Part shown: positions 46,594 to 57,013 of the stretch, one piece after another
Position numbering within the stretch: the first letter of the stretch is position 1
How the letters are laid out: each line of letters opens with the position of its first letter
Assembly: GCA_022783665.1 (NCBI GenBank)
Contig: JALFZJ010000052.1
Location: forward strand, 1,539-65,538
DNA from: Arcanobacterium sp.
GTDB taxonomy: Bacteria > Actinomycetota > Actinomycetes > Actinomycetales > Actinomycetaceae
DNA: 64,000 bases
Direction: 5' to 3'
Program-made: the position numbers and the translations under genes
Notes under the pieces: generated by a model
Told to the model about the DNA's origin: nothing
Databases searched by the model: none
What the model saw: only the letters and a program-made list of their open reading frames with translations

Positions 46594-48189
46594 ATGAATT
46601 CGCAAACATCATCTGCTCGACGCGCAGGCGCAACCGAGCACTCCTCGAACACATCTACCCATACTGATCAGAGTCTGGCCGAACGCGGCAACAACCGCTC
46701 GCGCCAACCAAAGAACGCGGCTTTCCGCACGTTTATTGGAGAAGACTGGGGTGAGCGCCCGCAAGGCCCCGCCCGTATGCGGGTTGCAGACTTTACACCG
46801 CAGCGGCGGCGCAAGTTAGCACAGCTTTTCCCGGGCGAACGCCTCGTCTTCCCAGCTGGCGATCTGCAGGTGCGCTCTAATGACACCGATTACCGTTTCC
46901 GCGCTCATTCCGCCTTCGCTCACCTTGCTGGCCTTGGCGGTGAGCTAGAACCGGGCGCTGTGCTTGTGCTCCATCCACTCACTGATGCCTCAGGTAAAGC
47001 CGCAGACGGATCAGTGCCAGAGGAAACCCACGAGGCCGTGTTGTATTTCCATCCGCGTACGTCGCGTTCCTCGGAAGAGTTTTATGCTGATTCGCGCCAT
47101 GGTGAATTCTGGGTGGGGGCACGCCTCTCGGCTGAAGAAATGAGCCACGCTACTGGAATCAAAGTAAGCCATATCGATGGTTTGCGCGATGCGTTGGCGA
47201 AAGATGTAGGGCAGGGCTCGGTGCAGTTGCGCGTGATTCCTCAATCAGACGCCCAGATCGAGGCGCTCGTTAATGAGGTGCGCCAGCAAAACGGCGTCAC
47301 ACAGCACCAATCTGAAGCAGATGACCGCTTGGCTGAAGCGGCCTCTGAACTTCGATTGATCAAAGACGAATGGGAAATCGAAGAAATGCGCCACGCGGTG
47401 GACGTTACGTACTCAGGTTTCGATGAAATCATCAAAGCCCTCCCCCGCGCTGTTGGGCACTGGCGCGGAGAGCGCGTGGTAGAGGGGGCTTTCTTCGCTA
47501 AAGCCCGCGAGGAAGGCAATGGGCTCGGATACGATACGATCGCAGCCTCAGGTAACCATGCCAATACGCTCCACTGGATCGACAATGATGGCCCAGTACG
47601 CGAAGGTGATCTCATTCTGGTAGACGCCGGTGCAGAGGTAGACTCGCTCTACACCGCAGACATCACACGCACAATACCCGTGAACGGCAAGTTCAACGAG
47701 ACCCAGCGCGAAGTGTATGAAGCAGTACTCGAAGCATGTGAGGCCGCCTTGACGCAAGCCTCCGTGCCTGGCACACGGTTCCGTGATGTGCACGACGCCG
47801 CGATGAAAGTGATCGCCAAACACCTGGAACAATGGGGCATCCTGCCTGTAAGCGCCGAAGAGTCACTGGCAGAAGATGGCCAGTATCATCGCCGCTGGAT
47901 GCCCCATGGCACATCGCATCATCTCGGTATCGACGTTCACGATTGCGCCCAGGCAAAACGTGAACTCTACGATGGAGCCGTACTCGAGCCTGGAATGGTG
48001 TTTACCATCGAGCCTGGACTCTACTTCCGCGCAGATGACCTCAAGGTACCTGAGCGGTTCCGCGGTATTGGCGTACGTATTGAGGACGACGTCGTCATCA
48101 CCGAACATGGCGCTGAGCGCATTTCAGAAAACATCCCACGTACCGTTGAGGATGTGGAAGCCTGGATTGAGCGAGTGCAGCGTGGCTAA
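46594..48189 (+). CDS. pepP: Xaa-Pro aminopeptidase (M24B)
   Basis: Metal ligands in LVDAGAEVDSLYTADITRT, HGTSHHLGIDVHD, TIEPG and IEDDV. N-terminal extension of about 50 aa. Confidence 0.8.
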   Translation: MNSQTSSARRAGATEHSSNTSTHTDQSLAERGNNRSRQPKNAAFRTFIGEDWGERPQGPARMRVADFTPQRRRKLAQLFPGERLVFPAGDLQVRSNDTDYRFRAHSAFAHLAGLGGELEPGAVLVLHPLTDASGKAADGSVPEETHEAVLYFHPRTSRSSEEFYADSRHGEFWVGARLSAEEMSHATGIKVSHIDGLRDALAKDVGQGSVQLRVIPQSDAQIEALVNEVRQQNGVTQHQSEADDRLAEAASELRLIKDEWEIEEMRHAVDVTYSGFDEIIKALPRAVGHWRGERVVEGAFFAKAREEGNGLGYDTIAASGNHANTLHWIDNDGPVREGDLILVDAGAEVDSLYTADITRTIPVNGKFNETQREVYEAVLEACEAALTQASVPGTRFRDVHDAAMKVIAKHLEQWGILPVSAEESLAEDGQYHRRWMPHGTSHHLGIDVHDCAQAKRELYDGAVLEPGMVFTIEPGLYFRADDLKVPERFRGIGVRIEDDVVITEHGAERISENIPRTVEDVEAWIERVQRG

Positions 48190-49498
48190 CGCAACGCAGC
48201 GTACGCGAGTATTTGTGGGGCGCCTAGCTGGCACCTCCGTATTCGACCCGATCGGGGATCGCATTGGCCGCGTAATTGACGTAGTAGTAATGTTTCGCCT
48301 AGCAAGCTTGCCAATGGCCATTGGCTTGGTAGTAGAAGTGCCGGGCAAACGCCGAGTATTCATGCCGATCACGCGCGTTACCGCGATTGAGAACGGGCAA
48401 GTGATCACCAACGGTTTGATGAATATTCGCCGCTTTTCGCAACGCCCCGTTGAAACGCTTGTGATGAGCGAGCTCTTTGATCGTGAAGTCACCTTCCGCG
48501 ATGGTTCAGGCACAGCGATCGTCGAAGACGTCGCCATCGAGCAGACGAGAGCGAAAGAATGGCGCCTCACCAAGCTTTTTGTGAGGATGAAGCGCGGCAC
48601 AAAAGACGCCGGCAACACGCTAATCGTGCCTGTGGGCGATGTATTGGGCTTGGCCATGAAACTTCAAAACCAAGCAGCCGACCAACTCGTAGCACAGCTC
48701 GAAGGAATGAAGGCACCAGATGTTGCCGATGTGCTGCGAGATCTTCCGAGCGAACGGATGATGGCAGTGGCGAAACAGCTTCAAGATGATCGCCTGGCTG
48801 ACGTTTTGGAAGAACTCGATGGGGACGAACGCGCAGTCATCGTCTCTGGCCTTGAAGTGGATCGCGCAGCGGACGTACTCGAAGTGATGCAGCCAGACGA
48901 TGCAGCAGACCTCGTGAACGATCTGCCCACCGCGCAGGCCGAAGCGCTTCTTGCCCGCATGCAACCGGAGGAGGCGGAGGATGTACGCCGCTTGATGAAG
49001 TACGGCGAACGCACCGCCGGTGGTCTGATGACGACGGAGCCTATCGTACTACCCCCAGATGCGGCGGTTGCGACAGCTTTAGCCCACGCACGGCGTTCAG
49101 ATATCCCCCCCGCGCTCGCATCGATGATTTTCGTATGCCGCCCACCCTTAGAGACGCCGACGGGGCGCTTTCTAGGTGTGGTGCACATCCAGCGATTGCT
49201 GAGAGAACCGGCGTCATCCATGATCGGCTCGATACTCGACACAGATATCGAACCGCTCTCTCCCGGCGACGGCATTGGCACAGTGACGCGCCTGCTCGCA
49301 ACCTATAACCTCACATCGATACCGGTAACCGACGAGGGGCATCTGATCGGAGCAGTATCGGTAGACGACGTACTCGACCACTTGCTCCCCGATCGCTGGC
49401 GTGACTACGATGAGACGATTCTTGACGAAGCCCTCGATCAACAATTCAATGGCGAAGGCGAGCTGGCGGAAGGAACTGAAGGAGAAGAGGTGACCTAA
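48182..49498 (+). CDS. PRC-barrel / MgtE-N / tandem-CBS domain protein (no membrane domain)
   Basis: GTG 48182 overlaps the pepP stop. MgtE-N acidic helices DVADVLRDLP...DLVNDLP, then a CBS pair. Conserved actinobacterial neighbour of DUF1003 and mrp. Confidence 0.7.
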   Translation: MANATQRTRVFVGRLAGTSVFDPIGDRIGRVIDVVVMFRLASLPMAIGLVVEVPGKRRVFMPITRVTAIENGQVITNGLMNIRRFSQRPVETLVMSELFDREVTFRDGSGTAIVEDVAIEQTRAKEWRLTKLFVRMKRGTKDAGNTLIVPVGDVLGLAMKLQNQAADQLVAQLEGMKAPDVADVLRDLPSERMMAVAKQLQDDRLADVLEELDGDERAVIVSGLEVDRAADVLEVMQPDDAADLVNDLPTAQAEALLARMQPEEAEDVRRLMKYGERTAGGLMTTEPIVLPPDAAVATALAHARRSDIPPALASMIFVCRPPLETPTGRFLGVVHIQRLLREPASSMIGSILDTDIEPLSPGDGIGTVTRLLATYNLTSIPVTDEGHLIGAVSVDDVLDHLLPDRWRDYDETILDEALDQQFNGEGELAEGTEGEEVT

Positions 49499-50106
49499 TG
49501 GCACATGATTTCGATCAGCCTCTGGATAAAAGCAAACGCCGCATCAAAGTAGCGAGCTGGAATCCCGAAAGTACCGGCGTCATCGCTGAGCGAATCGCGC
49601 GGTTTACAGGCACCCCTCGGTTTCTGATCTACCTCACTGTGTTCGTCGGTGCATGGATTATATGGAATAGCGTGATGCCCGATCGCCTGCGATTTGATTC
49701 AGCGGAGATTGGTTTTACTGCGCTGACGCTCATGCTCTCGCTCCAGGCGTCCTATTCGGCTCCGCTGATCTTGCTTGCACAGAACCGCCAAGATGATCGC
49801 GACCGCGTGAATGCCCAAAATGATCGCCAGGTAGCAGCCCAAAACCTCGCCGATACGGAATTCTTGACGCGTGAAATTGCCTCGCTGCGCTTGGCTCTCA
49901 ACGAGATGGCAAGCCGTGATTTTGTGCGTTCTGAACTGCGTGATTTTATGGAAGCATATCAAAGCCGCGACGAAGCCATCGCTGAGCGAGATGAGGCAAT
50001 TAGCAAGCGTGATGCGCGAATTGCTGAACTCGAGCAACGCCTCGCGGAGATTGAGCAGACGCCCCGCCGTGATGATGCCGCACAGGCCAGCGATGGCAAG
50101 GAATAG
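49498..50106 (+). CDS. DUF1003-family membrane protein
   Basis: FTALTLMLSLQASYSAPLILLAQNRQDDRDR signature, two TM helices and a C-terminal coiled coil. 1-nt overlap (49498, TAATG) with the upstream gene's stop. Confidence 0.65.
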   Translation: MAHDFDQPLDKSKRRIKVASWNPESTGVIAERIARFTGTPRFLIYLTVFVGAWIIWNSVMPDRLRFDSAEIGFTALTLMLSLQASYSAPLILLAQNRQDDRDRVNAQNDRQVAAQNLADTEFLTREIASLRLALNEMASRDFVRSELRDFMEAYQSRDEAIAERDEAISKRDARIAELEQRLAEIEQTPRRDDAAQASDGKE

Positions 50107-50165
50107 GCGCAGCACATTTTCTCCTCGAGTGGGTAATAGTGAGGGCGCATCGTTAAACTGGGTGC

Positions 50166-51293
50166 ATGGCTGTTTTGACGCAAGACCTCGTCAACGAGGA
50201 ACTAAAGAAGGTTATCGACCCTGAGATTCGCCGCCCGATTACCGATCTGGGAATGGTGCGTTCTGTTGATATTACTGACGACGGCGACGTCACGGTAGGT
50301 GTAGACCTCACTACTGCTGGTTGTCCGTTGCGTGATACCCTCACCGATGATGTTGAGCGCGTCGTCCGCGCAATTGAAGGCGTGAAGAGCGTCAAAGTTG
50401 ATATGGGCGTGATGACGGAGGAGCAAAAACAGCAACTTCGCCAGACTCTTCGTGGCGGGGTGCCCGAACGTCAGATTCCCTTCAATCAGCCTGGCTCACT
50501 AACGCGGGTGTACGCAATCTCTTCGGGCAAGGGCGGCGTAGGTAAGTCGTCAATGACCGTCAACCTCGCAACTGCTATGGCCAAACTCGGCCTCAAAGTG
50601 GGTGTTGTAGACGCAGACATCTACGGTTTTTCCATCCCAAAAATGATGGGTGTAGATACCCCACCACAAGTTGTTGACGATATGATCATTCCCCCTGTAG
50701 CTCACGGGGTTAAAGTGATCTCTATCGGCATGTTTATGGAAGAGAATACGCCGGTGGTGTGGCGCGGCCCGATGTTGCATCGTGCGCTAGAGCAGTTTTT
50801 TGCCGATGTATACTGGGGCGACCTTGACGCATTACTGATCGATCTTCCGCCAGGCACTGGCGATGTTGCCATTTCAGTAGCTCAGCTGATACCCAGTGCC
50901 GAGATTTTGGTGGTCACCACTCCTCAAGCAGCAGCAGCCGAGGTTGCTGAACGCGCAGGAATGATGGCAAAACAAACCGATCAGCGCGTGATTGGCGTGG
51001 TAGAGAATATGAGCTACTTGGCAATGCCAGATGGCTCGAAGATGAACCTCTTCGGAACTGGCGGAGGCGAGGTTGTAGCTGGCAGGCTGTCCCAGATTCT
51101 TGGCTATCCCGTACCTCTTTCAGCGCACGTACCTCTCGAACAAGCCCTGCGTGAAGGTGGAGATCTCGGCAAACCGCTCGCAGGGCAAGATGGCAGCAGT
51201 GAAGCTCAGGCAGCGATCGCATCACTAGCCAAGAAGCTGTCGTCACGCGCGCGCGGCCTCGCAGGCCGCTCGCTCGGCGTCTCACCGAAATAG
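50166..51293 (+). CDS. apbC: Fe-S cluster carrier ATPase Mrp/ApbC with N-terminal DUF59
   Basis: DUF59 VIDPEIRRPITDLGMV and deviant Walker A SGKGGVGKSS. Confidence 0.85.
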   Translation: MAVLTQDLVNEELKKVIDPEIRRPITDLGMVRSVDITDDGDVTVGVDLTTAGCPLRDTLTDDVERVVRAIEGVKSVKVDMGVMTEEQKQQLRQTLRGGVPERQIPFNQPGSLTRVYAISSGKGGVGKSSMTVNLATAMAKLGLKVGVVDADIYGFSIPKMMGVDTPPQVVDDMIIPPVAHGVKVISIGMFMEENTPVVWRGPMLHRALEQFFADVYWGDLDALLIDLPPGTGDVAISVAQLIPSAEILVVTTPQAAAAEVAERAGMMAKQTDQRVIGVVENMSYLAMPDGSKMNLFGTGGGEVVAGRLSQILGYPVPLSAHVPLEQALREGGDLGKPLAGQDGSSEAQAAIASLAKKLSSRARGLAGRSLGVSPK

Positions 51294-51373
51294 TGCAGGC
51301 CTCCATGTTCACAAGTCTCTTGCTGAACTTGTAGCATAGTGACTAGGTTTTATTACCGCATGGAGGCACACTA

Positions 51374-52006
51374 ATGAGCAAGGAAAAGGCTGCATCGTGG
51401 GTGTATGCAGAGTCGAGCGTGCACGAATCAGAACTCGTCGCCCGCTCGCGCGCTGCTGCTCAAGAGCTCGGGATTTCTACGCTTTCACCTGCAAGCTGCG
51501 CTCTTCTCGCATCCCTGGCTGCACTACCGCATGTGCGTACGATCGCCGAAGTAGGTACAGGTGCGGGCACCACGGCAATTACGATGCTTGAGGCGAGTCC
51601 GAAGGCATCTGTCACCACGATCGACGTGGATGCTGAGGCACAAAGCCGCGCACGTGCAGCTTTCGAATCCATGGGAATTGGGAGTTCCCGCTATCGGCTG
51701 ATTAACGGCCGCAGCGCCGATCTGCTCCCCCGCCTCGCCGGCTCCGCCTACGATCTTGTGTTGATTGACGGCGATCTTCTCGAAGCTGCAGGAGACGTCG
51801 AAGAGGCGCTGCGGATTTTGCGCCCCGGGGGTATGCTCGTCCTCGCTCATGCACTGTACGAGGATCGCGTAGCCAATCCTGTATGCCGCGACGAAGTGAC
51901 GGTTGCTATGCGCAATCTGGGCACGGAACTGCTCGCCTCAGAACAGAGCCATGCATCCTTACTCCCGTTAGGCGACGGAATCATTTTCGCCACAAAGGCA
52001 AGCTAA
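51374..52006 (+). CDS. class I SAM-dependent O-methyltransferase (family 3)
   Basis: SAM motif I IAEVGTGAGTTAI, and DLVLIDGD. Confidence 0.7.
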   Translation: MSKEKAASWVYAESSVHESELVARSRAAAQELGISTLSPASCALLASLAALPHVRTIAEVGTGAGTTAITMLEASPKASVTTIDVDAEAQSRARAAFESMGIGSSRYRLINGRSADLLPRLAGSAYDLVLIDGDLLEAAGDVEEALRILRPGGMLVLAHALYEDRVANPVCRDEVTVAMRNLGTELLASEQSHASLLPLGDGIIFATKAS

Positions 52007-52031
52007 GCTCCCCTTGATGCGCGCTACCGAG

Positions 52032-52859
52032 CTACGCGTTCTCGGCCCGTTTTCCGTTAGCCTCGGCACGTACCTGGCTCGCTACTTTGCTCACTCCAGC
52101 GTTAATCGCCCCAACGGCGTCTTCGGCACTATCAACTACCGACACCAGGTACTCATCGCCCTCAGAGATCATATGCTCGTCTACAAGTACGCCTCGAATC
52201 CAATCAGTTAAACCGCCCCAATACTCAGATCCGACGAGCACGATAGGAAAACCGGAAATCTTCTTCGTCTGCACAAGCGTGAGCGCTTCGAACAACTCAT
52301 CGAGAGTGCCATAGCCGCCTGGCATCACCACGAAACCGAGAGCATACTTGACGAACATCAGCTTCCGTACAAAGAAGTAACGGTAGTTCATTCCGAGTGT
52401 GACGTAACGATTCATACCTTGCTCGAAAGGAAGTTCGATGCCAAGGCCAATCGACTGCCCACCAGCCTCAGCAGCTCCTTTGTTGGCAGCTTCCATGATC
52501 CCAGGGCCGCCGCCTGTGAGAATCGCGTATCCCTCACGTGCCAGCTCCGCCGCAATCTGGGAGGCCATCTCGTAATACGGCGTACCTGCTTGAGTTCGAG
52601 CAGAGCCGAAGATCGAGATCGCAGGGCCAATCCCAGCCAGTGCGCCAAAACCCTCAACAACTTCAGATTGGATACGAAGTGTTCGCCACGTATCGGTGTG
52701 CACAAAATCTGAGTTTGATTGCGGAGCAAGCAGGCGAGCATCCGTAGTAGAGCCGGGGATCTCTTCACCACGGAAAAACACTGGCCCACACTGATATCGC
52801 CGAGCTGTGTCGTCAGCGCTCGCAGTAGTATTTATCTTATCGTCCATGTATTCATTCAC
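52032..52859 (-). CDS. LOG-family (TIGR00730) nucleotide phosphoribohydrolase
   Basis: GGGPGIMEAANKGA and PGGYGTLDELFE motifs. Confidence 0.8.
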   Translation of the reverse strand: MNEYMDDKINTTASADDTARRYQCGPVFFRGEEIPGSTTDARLLAPQSNSDFVHTDTWRTLRIQSEVVEGFGALAGIGPAISIFGSARTQAGTPYYEMASQIAAELAREGYAILTGGGPGIMEAANKGAAEAGGQSIGLGIELPFEQGMNRYVTLGMNYRYFFVRKLMFVKYALGFVVMPGGYGTLDELFEALTLVQTKKISGFPIVLVGSEYWGGLTDWIRGVLVDEHMISEGDEYLVSVVDSAEDAVGAINAGVSKVASQVRAEANGKRAENA

Positions 52860-52916
52860 GCATCAACCATACACTGCGAATGTAAACGGGAATACAACAC
52901 GGAGGAAACAGGGCGA

Positions 52917-54332
52917 CTAGTCGTCAACAGCCACGTGAAGACGCCGTGCAGCTTCGGTGATCGAGCCAGAGATTGACGGATACACAGTGAATGTTTTGGC
53001 TACTTCATCCACCGTAAGCCGGTTAGTGACCGCCATGGTGATGGGGAAAATATCTTCAGAAGCATGCGGAGATACCACTACTCCTCCAGCGATCACGCGC
53101 GTGCTCGTGCGGGCAAAGAGTTTCACGAAACCGTCGGATTCACCTCGCATCTTGCTGCGCGCATTGCCCGCCAGCGGGAGCAGAATCTGCACGCAATCCA
53201 CCTCGCCCGAATCCACTTGCGCCTGCGTGACTCCCACGGTTGCGATCTCGGGATTGGTGAAGATATTTGCCGAAACCTGATCGAGGCGTATCGGCTCTAC
53301 CGAATCACCGAGTGCATGGGCTATCGCAATCCGGCCCTGTGCACCAGCCACCGACGCAAGCGGATTTAGGCCGGTACAATCGCCCGCAGCATAGACGCGA
53401 TGTGCTTTGGTGCGAGAAACCCTATCGGCCACGATATAGCCACGCTCGTCGAGTACTACGCCAGCCTCCTCAAGGCCAATGCCTGCCGTATTAGGAATCG
53501 CACCCACTGCCATCAGCACATGCGATCCGATAATCTCGCGGCCATCGGCAAGGGTTACGATCACTCGATCACCCTCCACCCGAGCGGCAGTCGCACGCGA
53601 CTTTGCCATAATTCGCATTCCGCGTTCTTCAAATACACGCTCGATGACGGCGGCAGCATCAGGGTCTTGATTCGGCAATACTCGATCACGCGAGGATACG
53701 AGCGTCACATTCACGCCCAGCATCTGATACGCAGCGGCAAATTCTGCGCCCGTCACACCTGAACCCACCACAATGAGATGCCCAGGCACTTCTTCAATAT
53801 GATAGAGCTGCTTCCAGGTGAGAATCCGTTTGCCGTCTGGTTTTGCGCTTTCCAGCTCACGCGGATGAGCGCCGGTGGCAATAAGCACAAAGTCTGCAGT
53901 GATCCTCCGATTACCTACGGAAACGATACGCCTGCCGTTATCCGCTACCTCTGACTCAAGGTATCCCCGCCCGTCGACCATCTCCACACCTGCGGCCCGC
54001 AGTGAACTCAGCACATCGGCTGACTGCCCTTGAGCGAGTTCTCGCACACGCGCATTGATGCCGAGGAGGTCTGGTTGCTGCTCAGCAAATCGCGATCCTA
54101 TTCGCAGCTGCGAGGCTCGCTCAGCCGTTTTCATCCATTCCGCCGAAGCAATAAGAGTTTTCGAAGGAACAACATCCGTTATCACGGCGGATCCTCCAGC
54201 ACCTTGATCTTCGATGAGGATTACATGGGCTCCGGAGTTTTGAGCCACAAGTGCCGCTTCGTAGCCGCCCGGGCCTCCTCCAATAATCACGATTGTGGTT
54301 TGTTCTGCTGGGTTATGGATCTGCGTAGCCAT
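52917..54332 (-). CDS. LpdA-like NAD(P)H-quinone/flavoprotein disulfide-reductase-fold enzyme without the redox disulfide
   Basis: IGGGPGGYEAA FAD fold. The position of the CxxxxC motif reads GGSAVITDVVPSK with no Cys pair, as in mycobacterial LpdA. A second Rossmann fold is VVGSGVTGAEFA. Start taken at ATG 54332. Confidence 0.7.
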   Translation of the reverse strand: MATQIHNPAEQTTIVIIGGGPGGYEAALVAQNSGAHVILIEDQGAGGSAVITDVVPSKTLIASAEWMKTAERASQLRIGSRFAEQQPDLLGINARVRELAQGQSADVLSSLRAAGVEMVDGRGYLESEVADNGRRIVSVGNRRITADFVLIATGAHPRELESAKPDGKRILTWKQLYHIEEVPGHLIVVGSGVTGAEFAAAYQMLGVNVTLVSSRDRVLPNQDPDAAAVIERVFEERGMRIMAKSRATAARVEGDRVIVTLADGREIIGSHVLMAVGAIPNTAGIGLEEAGVVLDERGYIVADRVSRTKAHRVYAAGDCTGLNPLASVAGAQGRIAIAHALGDSVEPIRLDQVSANIFTNPEIATVGVTQAQVDSGEVDCVQILLPLAGNARSKMRGESDGFVKLFARTSTRVIAGGVVVSPHASEDIFPITMAVTNRLTVDEVAKTFTVYPSISGSITEAARRLHVAVDD

Positions 54333-54600
54333 GTTGCCATTGTGCCACGGATACCTGCCGAACATATCAAATTGCGAAATCTGCTTGATATAATCTTGAC
54401 GTTAAGAAATAATTGATGCACGCCCAAAGGCGGGCGCATCCAGATTCACTGGCGAATCTGGAAATCATTCATCGAACTCAACGAAACCATTTCGATACGC
54501 CTGTACACGTCGTATCTGTACACATCACATCTGGTGCGCAATACTACACGCAGCTCCACGGGGCGTGCGTAGCGCGCGCATTGAACAACTGGAGGTTGAT

Positions 54601-56169
54601 ATGAGCACTCCCGATATTCGCGAGAGTACCTCAGTTGCCCAGGGCTCACTCGATAAGCCGAAGCAACCCAATGTATTTCGCCGCCGCATGCTCGGCATCT
54701 TTGGCGGCATCGCACTCGCAGTGTTGATCTATTACATTTTTCCGCGCGAAATTCCCGACGCGCTCCTTCAAAGCATGGCAGCCGAAGATGGAACGCTACC
54801 TGACCCCGTCGTATTGGGCAACAATATCGCCTTCACTGCTTCTATCGCCGTACTAATGGCAGTGTGGTGGATCTTCGAAGCGATCCCACTTGCAGCCACG
54901 GCACTCGTCCCGCTCGTCACCTTCCCTATCTTCGGTGTAGCGGATTTCAAGGCAGCAGCAACGCCTTACGCATCCGATACTATCTTCTTGTTTATGGGTG
55001 GATTCTTCCTTGCCCTAGCCATGCAACGCTGGAATTTCCACCGGCGCTTAGCTTTGGCCATTGTGCTCCTGATCGGCACCAAGCCTAAACGAATGGTACT
55101 TGGCTTCATGGTTGCCACCGGCTTCATCTCAATGTGGGTGTCGAATACGGCTACAGCGGTGATGATGCTACCTATCGGCATATCTGTGCTCGCCACAATC
55201 GGCCAGCTCGACGGCGAAGGCGGAAAGATGAGCAAATTCGGCACCGGCCTCATGCTCGGCATCGCCTACGCGGCATCAATCGCTTCACTATCCACGTTGA
55301 TCGGCACACCGCCTAATGCACTACTGCGCGCCTACCTCCAAGACAATCACGACATCACGCTCAACTTCGGCACGTGGATGCTCTTCGCCACGCCTATGGC
55401 ATGGCTGTTCGTGATTATCGGATGGCAGCTCCTCATCCGCATTTTCCCACCTGAAATCGAGGAAGTACCCGGCGGGAAAGCCATGATTAAGGGCGAACTG
55501 CAAAAGATGGGGCCGATGAGCTCGCAAGAAAAGATCGTGATGATCGTGTTCATCCTCGGGGCGCTCTCATGGATCTTCATCCCGACTCTCTTCCCCGATG
55601 GCCCAATCAGCGATTCGATTATCGCAATGGTTATTTCGCTCGTTTTGTTCCTCATTCCCGCACATATTCAGCCTGATGGTATCCCGATTTTGGATTGGGA
55701 GACGGCGAAAGAAATCCCGTGGGACGTCCTGCTCCTGTTCGGCGGCGGTTTGTCGCTCGCAGCGATGTTTGGCGCATCAGGCTTGTCGAAATGGATCGGC
55801 AATATGGCTGCCGGCCTTGAAGGAGTGCCAGTAATCGTGATGGTGATCGTCATTACTGCGATCGTCATTTTCTTGACGGAGCTCACTTCCAACACAGCCA
55901 CAGCAGCGGCCTTCTTGCCAATTATTGGCGCTGTAGCGATCGGTATGGGTGTAGACGTACAACTCCTCGTTATCCCCGTGGCACTTGCTGCAACGTGTGC
56001 GTTCATGCTTCCTGTGGCTACGCCACCTAACGCGATCGCTTACGGCTCTGGCTATGTGAAGATTGGCCAGATGGTGAAAGCCGGCATTTGGCTCAATATC
56101 ATTGGAATCATTTTGATCACCGTGTTCACAGTGTTTATTGGCCCAATGGTTCTCGGCTATAGTGCCTAG
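54601..56169 (+). CDS. DASS/SLC13-family sodium-coupled anion (di/tricarboxylate or sulfate) symporter
   Basis: Two SNTATA hairpin motifs (VSNTATAVMMLP, TSNTATAAAFLP). GGAGG precedes ATG 54601. Confidence 0.8.
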   Translation: MSTPDIRESTSVAQGSLDKPKQPNVFRRRMLGIFGGIALAVLIYYIFPREIPDALLQSMAAEDGTLPDPVVLGNNIAFTASIAVLMAVWWIFEAIPLAATALVPLVTFPIFGVADFKAAATPYASDTIFLFMGGFFLALAMQRWNFHRRLALAIVLLIGTKPKRMVLGFMVATGFISMWVSNTATAVMMLPIGISVLATIGQLDGEGGKMSKFGTGLMLGIAYAASIASLSTLIGTPPNALLRAYLQDNHDITLNFGTWMLFATPMAWLFVIIGWQLLIRIFPPEIEEVPGGKAMIKGELQKMGPMSSQEKIVMIVFILGALSWIFIPTLFPDGPISDSIIAMVISLVLFLIPAHIQPDGIPILDWETAKEIPWDVLLLFGGGLSLAAMFGASGLSKWIGNMAAGLEGVPVIVMVIVITAIVIFLTELTSNTATAAAFLPIIGAVAIGMGVDVQLLVIPVALAATCAFMLPVATPPNAIAYGSGYVKIGQMVKAGIWLNIIGIILITVFTVFIGPMVLGYSA

Positions 56170-56417
56170 GCCAGAGGCAAGAACACAATCACGCGGAGGG
56201 AACATTCGCGTTCGGCGTCAGCCACTCACCCACAGTTCGCTTATGTTCACATATATCTGAATAACATGTAACTACATATCGGTAGATATCGCGATCGTCG
56301 AGCTTTGCTTATAGACTTGTTGCGGTATCTACCGATATCAGTTACTAATCCCAAGATCCCTACGGCGATAGCCGCATCCGCGGAAATCATTCTTGGGAAT
56401 TGAGGCATGAGGGCAAT

Positions 56418-57008
56418 ATGGCAAAGCTGTTCTTTGACTACGGCGCTATGGACTCTGGAAAGACGACGTACATCATCCAGACGCACTACAACTACCGTCA
56501 AAAAGGAATGAACCCGGCAATCGTCAAACCCGCAACCGACCTCAAAGCGGGCAACCGTATCCGCTCGCGCATTGGGCTCGAGGCTGAGGTTGATTTCCTC
56601 GTTACGCCAGATGACGACGTCTATCAACTCCTCCGTGAAGTAGAAACACGCTTTAACGTTGTGCTCGTGGATGAAGCACAGTTCTTAACCCGCGCGCAAG
56701 TAGATCAGCTCTTTGAGTTGGTGACTCTCGATAGTATTCCCGTGATGTGTTTTGGCCTGCGCACTGATTTTACGGGCAATCCATTCCCAGGATCGCAGCG
56801 TCTTCTTGAACTCGCACACGAGATTCGCGAGCGCAAGACGATCTGCCGATGCGGTGCGAAAGCCACGATGAACGCTCGCAAAGTCAATGGCGTGTTTATT
56901 ACTGAAGGCGGTCAGGTAGCGATCGACGGAATCGACGCAGAATACGAATCATTGTGCGGAAAATGCTTTATGAAATACGTCGGTTCCATCGCAGCGCTGG
57001 CCAGATGA
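56418..57008 (+). CDS. tdk: thymidine kinase
   Basis: GAMDSGKTT P-loop, VLVDEAQF, and C-terminal zinc-ribbon Cys pairs CRCG...CGKC. Confidence 0.9.
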   Translation: MAKLFFDYGAMDSGKTTYIIQTHYNYRQKGMNPAIVKPATDLKAGNRIRSRIGLEAEVDFLVTPDDDVYQLLREVETRFNVVLVDEAQFLTRAQVDQLFELVTLDSIPVMCFGLRTDFTGNPFPGSQRLLELAHEIRERKTICRCGAKATMNARKVNGVFITEGGQVAIDGIDAEYESLCGKCFMKYVGSIAALAR

Positions 57009-57013
57009 GCTTC

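Noticed and set aside
47876-48181. Long N-terminal extension of the MgtE-N/CBS protein
   Set aside because: It lies entirely within pepP in another frame. GTG 48182, overlapping the pepP stop, begins the PRC-barrel-like sequence.
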